From assembly GCF_044704955.1 (NCBI RefSeq), contig NC_091980.1, positions 129,022,001 to 129,086,000 of the forward strand: 64,000 nt of DNA. Reading direction: 5' to 3'. The notes under the pieces are model-generated. The model saw only the letters and a program-made list of their open reading frames with translations. It had not been told where the DNA came from and did not search any database. The stretch's first letter is position 1; every line of letters begins with the position of its first letter. The translations under genes were made by a program, and so were the position numbers. Source of the DNA: Pristiophorus japonicus (taxonomy: Eukaryota). Shown here piece after piece: positions 56,351 through 64,000 of the stretch.

Positions 56351-56897
56351 ATATAGATGCCAATATATTGAAATTACCACCGCAAAAGAAAAATTATAGG
56401 ACTGTTCCCACCCACAGAAGGGTCAACAACCAGCAGAGATTTAAGGCAAGTGGCAGAAGAATTACAGCTGACTTGAGGAAAAACTTTTAAGCAGTGAGTG
56501 GTTAGTATCTGGATTGCACTGCCCGAGAGGGTTGCAGAGGTAGATTCAATCACTGAATTGGACAAGCACCTGAAGGAAAAAAAAATTGTAGGGCTACAGG
56601 GAAGTGGGACTAGCTGAAGTGCTCTTGCTGAGAGCTGGCATGGGCTCAACAGGCTGAATGGCCTCCTGTGCTGTTACCATTCTATGATTGAATCTCAGGG
56701 CAACACTATTGCATAGCCTAGTACAATACTGGGGCTGTAACCAAGTTATGGCAAATAGAATATAAGCAACCAATCAAACTTGCAAGGAGACAAAACCAAT
56801 CCAATATTGGACTGTTTATTTACAGTTAATTACATTTCACATCAAGAGCCCAGGTCTCAGCCTGTACAAAGCAAAAGTAGAAGAGAATCTCAATTAT

Positions 56898-59549
<2,652 letters not shown>

Positions 59550-59924
59550 GTTAGTCATGTGTTTTTTCTTCTGAAGTATAAACTTTGTCGAAGTACAAAA
59601 ATAACATTTAACCAAATATCAAACTCCTGCATTAATACTGAGGGATAATCCAGGGTGTGGCAGTCTAGATGATGAGTGACAGTGTTCAATATCCAATCAA
59701 AAGTTGCAGCCTCTCAGAGCACCAATCAACTAAAGGGAGGAGGGGAGATGGACTCCCAGAGCCAGTCAGATCTTTGAAGAATAAGCATCATTGGCTGACA
59801 ACTCAATGAGGATCTCAATTGTCCTAACTTTCCTCCAACACAGTTCAAATATCCAGAATCACAGGTTTAAATTAATCCTCTTCTCTTTGGGCTAATTAAT
59901 TGGGATGATTAAATCAGCGATCGG

Positions 59925-60219
59925 AAACACTTAAACCGTAAGTGCCCACTTTATAAGTGGGAATCAACTGTAAGGTCAACATTATGACAAAACTAACATT
60001 ACAAACTTTTCAAATTATAATTCAGTTCCCTGTATCCACGCTTCATTCCAGTCCCGCTGGTGCCCAGTGGTCATGGAAAGCCTCAAGCATACCGGCAGAC
60101 ACCGTGTGCTCCCTTTCCAGGGATACCCATGCACGGACATAGCCGCGGAAGAAAGGCAGGCAGACAGAGAGAACACCCCATCGTCCGTGCTCTGACTGGA
60201 GCAGTTAATGTCCACCTTG
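59925..60219 (-). mobile_element. Tx1-like 3' end upstream of ferritin Z (unit 2)
   Basis: Paralogous to 34130-34432. Confidence 0.68.
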
Positions 60220-60607
60220 AAAGATTAATTGAATCCTCTGTTGTTTGCGAGTCAGTGTATTCTTAATAGCTCTGGATTGTTCAGTGTGTTGGTCATTTGC
60301 AGGTATCTGCGGGTTTGAAGCAACATCCAAATAACTCATTGGATATTTATCAATAGACTATGTCTAGGAATAGAGACAGAGAAGTCGAGAAAGGGAAGGG
60401 AAGGGACAGAGATGGACCATGTGAAGGTGAGTGAACGGTAGAAATTGGAAACATAGTGAATTAAATTTTCCAGTTGATTGTGAGAGCAGGTAACATCACC
60501 GATTTTATCAATGTGCTGGGAAAAGAGGTGAGAGAGGGGCCATTGTATAATTTAAATACAAAGATAAACATTTTGAATTTGAGGTACTATCAGACCGGGA
60601 GCCAATG

Positions 60608-61572
60608 ATGGTCCACAATCACAGGGGTTATAGGTGAATGGGACTAGGTGTGCATCTAAGTCTAGCTGGAAAGCATTGAAATAGTCAATTCTAGAGATAA
60701 AAAGGCACAGATGAGGGTTAACCATTAGCTCAGTTCTGAGCTCAGAGCGAGGAACACGTGCAGCTGAACCATATCCCTGTGCAGCATGTTAAATTTATAT
60801 AGAACCTTGGCCAGACAACACTTGGAGTATTGTGCACAGTTCTGATCTCCATAGAATTATATAGAAAGTTAGAATTAGTAATCTAAGAGAAACTTCAAGA
60901 GAAACTTCTTTACTCAGAGAGTGTTTAGAATGTTTAACTTGCTATCGAAAGGAGTAGTTGAGGCAAAAAGCATAGCTGTGTTTAAGGGGAAGCTGGATAA
61001 ACACATGAGGGAGGAAGGATTGGAAGAATATGCTGATAGGGTTAAATGAGGTTGGGAGGAGGCTCAGTGTGTGAAGTCAACTCCTCTCAGTATTTCACTC
61101 TCCATGCTTATGATTGAAAGACTATTAAATCGATCTTGTCCCATTCGTTTCCTCACCTCATCCGAGATGCGTTTTATGTTAGAGAAGGACCGCTCACCAC
61201 TGCAATTTGCCAGGCTGAATGGCCTTTTTCTATGCTGTAAATGCTATGTAATTCTTAAAACATGGGCACCTGTAAAGTTTTTCACATCAAGTGAGCTGAA
61301 GAATTTGTTTTGTCTGCAACATGAAGCCGTCAAACCGATCAGCACACAAACCCAACCTGAACTGTAGAATTGTGAATCATCAACATATGAATTGTGGTGA
61401 CATCGATACACCAAAAGTGCCATTGAGAGATGCATAGAATACGGTAACATAATGGTAATGTTACTGGACGAGTAATCCAGAGGCCTGAACTAATAATCCA
61501 AAGTCCCACCATGGCAGCTGGGGAATTTAAATTCAGTTAATTAAATTATAATCTGGAATAAAAAGCAAGTGT
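60608..61572. repeat. Start of duplication unit 3 (interrupted by CR1)
   Basis: Matches 7314-8300 and 34821-36545. Confidence 0.85.
61071..61210 (-). mobile_element. hAT transposase fragment (unit 3 copy)
   Basis: ANCSGERSFSNIKRISDEVRKRMGQDRFNSLSIISMESEILRGVDF. Confidence 0.78.
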
Positions 61573-64000
61573 CATAGAAACATAGAAACATAGAAAATAG
61601 GTGCAGGAGTAGGCCATTCAGCCCTTCTAGCCTGCACCGCCATTCAATGAGTTCATGGCTGAACATGAAACTTCAGTACCCCCTTCCTGCTTTCTCGCCA
61701 TAACCCTTGATCCCCCGAGTAGTAAGGACTTCATCTAACTCCCTTTTGAATATATTTAGTGAATTGGCCTCAACTACTTTCTGTGGTAGAGAATTCCACA
61801 GGTTCACCACTCTCTGGGTGAAGAGGTTTCTCCTCATCTCGGTCCTAAATGGCTTACCCCTTATCCTCAGACTGTGACCCCTGGTTCTGGACTTCCCCAA
61901 CATTGGGAACATTCTTCCTGCATCTAACCTGTCTAAACCCGTCAGAATTTTAAACGTTTCCATGAGGTCCCCTCTCATTCTTCTGAACTCCAGTGAATAC
62001 AAGCCCAGTTGATCCAGTCTTTCTTAATAGGTCAGTCCCACCATCCCGGGAATCAGTCTGGTGAATCTTCGCTGCACTCCCTCAATAGCAAGAATGTCCT
62101 TCCTCAAGTTAGGAGACCAAAACTGTACACAATACTCCAGGTGTGGCCTCACCAAGGCCCTGTACAACTGTAGCAACACCTCCCTGCCCCTGTATTCAAA
62201 TCCCCTCGCTATGAAGGCCAACATGCCATTTGCTTTCTTAACCGCCTGCTGTACCTGCATGCTAACCTTCAATGACTGATGTACCATGGCACCCAGGTCT
62301 CGTTGCACCTTCCCTTTTCCTAATCTGTCACCATTCAGATAATAGTCTGTCCCTCTGTTTTTACCACCAAAGTGGATAACCTCACATTTATCCACATTAT
62401 ACTTCATCTGCCATGCATTTGCCCACTCACCTAACCTATCCAAGTCACTCTGCAGCCTAATAGCATCCTCCTCGCAGCTCACACTGCCACCCAACTTAGT
62501 GTCATCCGCAAATTTGGAGATACTGCATTTAATCCCCTCGTCTAAATCATTAATGTACAGAACAGCACAGAACCTTGCGGCACCCCACTAGTCACTGCCT
62601 GCCATTCTGAAAAGTACCCGTTTACTCCTACTCTTTGCTTCCTGTCTGACAACCAGTTCTCAATCCACGTCAGCACACTATCCCCAATCCCATGTGCTTT
62701 AACTTTGCACATTAATCTCTTGTGTGGGACCTTGTCGAAAGCCTTCTGAAAGTCCAAATATACCACATCAACTGGTTCTCCTTTGTCCACTTTACTGGAA
62801 ACATCCTCAAAAAATTCCAGAAGATTTGTCAAGCATGATTTCCCTTTCACAAATCCATGCTGACTTGGACCTATCATGTCACCATTTTCCAGATGCACTT
62901 CTATGACATCCTTAATAATTGATTCCATCATTTTACCCACTACTCAGGTCAGGCTGACCGGTCTATAATTCCCTGTTTTCTCTCTCCCTCCTTTTTTAAA
63001 AAGTGGGGTTACATTGGCTACCCTCCACCCCATAGGAACTGATCCAGAGTCAATGGAATGTTGGAAAATGACTGTCAATGCATCTGCTATTTCCAAGGCC
63101 ACCTCCTTAAGTACTCTGGGATGCAGTCCATCAGGCCCTGGGGATTTATCGGCCTTCAATCCCATCAATTTCCCCAACACAATTTCCCAACTAATAAAGA
63201 TTTCCCTCAGTTCCCCCTCCTTACCAGACCCTCTGACCCCTTTTATATCCGGAAGGTTGTTTGTATCCTCCTTATTGAATACCGAACCAAAGTACTTGTT
63301 CAATTGGTCTGCCATTTCTTTGTTCCCCGTTATGACTTCCCCTGATTCTGACTGCAGGGGACCTACGTTTGTCTTTACTAACCTTTTTCTCTTTACATAC
63401 CTATAGAAACTTTTGCAATCCGCCTTAATGTTCCCTGCAAGCTTCTTCTCGTACTCCATTTTCCCTGCCCTAATCAAACCCTTTGTCCTCCTCTGCTGAG
63501 TTCTAAATTTCTCCCAGTCCCCAGGTTCGCTGCTATTTCTGGCCAATTTGTATGCCACTTCCTTGGCTTTAATACTATCACTGATTTCCCTAGATAGCCA
63601 CGGTTGAGCCACCTTCCCTTTTTTATTTTTATGCCAGACAGGAATGTACAATTGTTGTAATTCATCCATGCGGTCTCTAAATGTCTGCCATTGCCCATCC
63701 ACAGTCAACCCCCTAAGTATCATTCGCCAATCTATCCTAGCCAATTCACGCCTCATACCTTCAAAGTTACCCTTCTTTAAGTTCTGGACCATGGTCTCTG
63801 AATTAACTGTTTCATTCTCCATCCTAATGCAGAATTCCACCATATTATGGTCACTCTTCCCCAAGGGGCCTCGCACAATGAGATTGCTAATTAATCCTCT
63901 CTCATTACACAACACCCAGTCTAAGATGGCTTCCCCCCTAGTTGGTTCCTCAACATATTGGTCTAGAAAACCATCCCTTATGCACTCCAGGAAATCCTCC
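61573..64000 (-). mobile_element. Young CR1 LINE ORF2 (runs off window)
   Basis: ORF2 pieces of 323, 132, 156 and 109 aa; (catagaaa)3 tail at 61573. Confidence 0.95.

Overview
Eukaryotic, intron-containing, repeat-rich DNA, most likely from a cartilaginous fish (inferred from the CR1, RTE, Tx1 and DeuSINE repeat families). The host content is a minus-strand tandem cluster of 4-exon ferritin (heavy/middle-type, ~176 aa) genes. It is organised as a ~26-27 kb higher-order repeat (about 7.3-34.8 kb, 34.8-60.6 kb, and the start of a third unit at 60.6 kb), each unit carrying three paralog slots (X, Y, Z). Three copies have intact ORFs (30809-33772, 49149-52453, 56898-59549). Three are broken: an exon-4 remnant with a micro-inversion at 16.8 kb, 20710-23872, and 41315-44606. 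The rest is transposon-derived: young and old CR1 LINEs, RTE LINEs (one 5'-inverted), a Gypsy provirus and solo LTRs, a second CR1/L2-group LINE, DeuSINE-like SINEs, Tx1-like 3' ends upstream of the ferritin promoters, and a captured hAT transposase fragment. The most notable signals are decayed iron-responsive elements in the ferritin 5' UTRs, mosaic (gene-converted) paralogs, an E134K iron-channel variant, and several distinct routes of pseudogenisation. All exon assembly and comparisons were done by eye; no database search was run.
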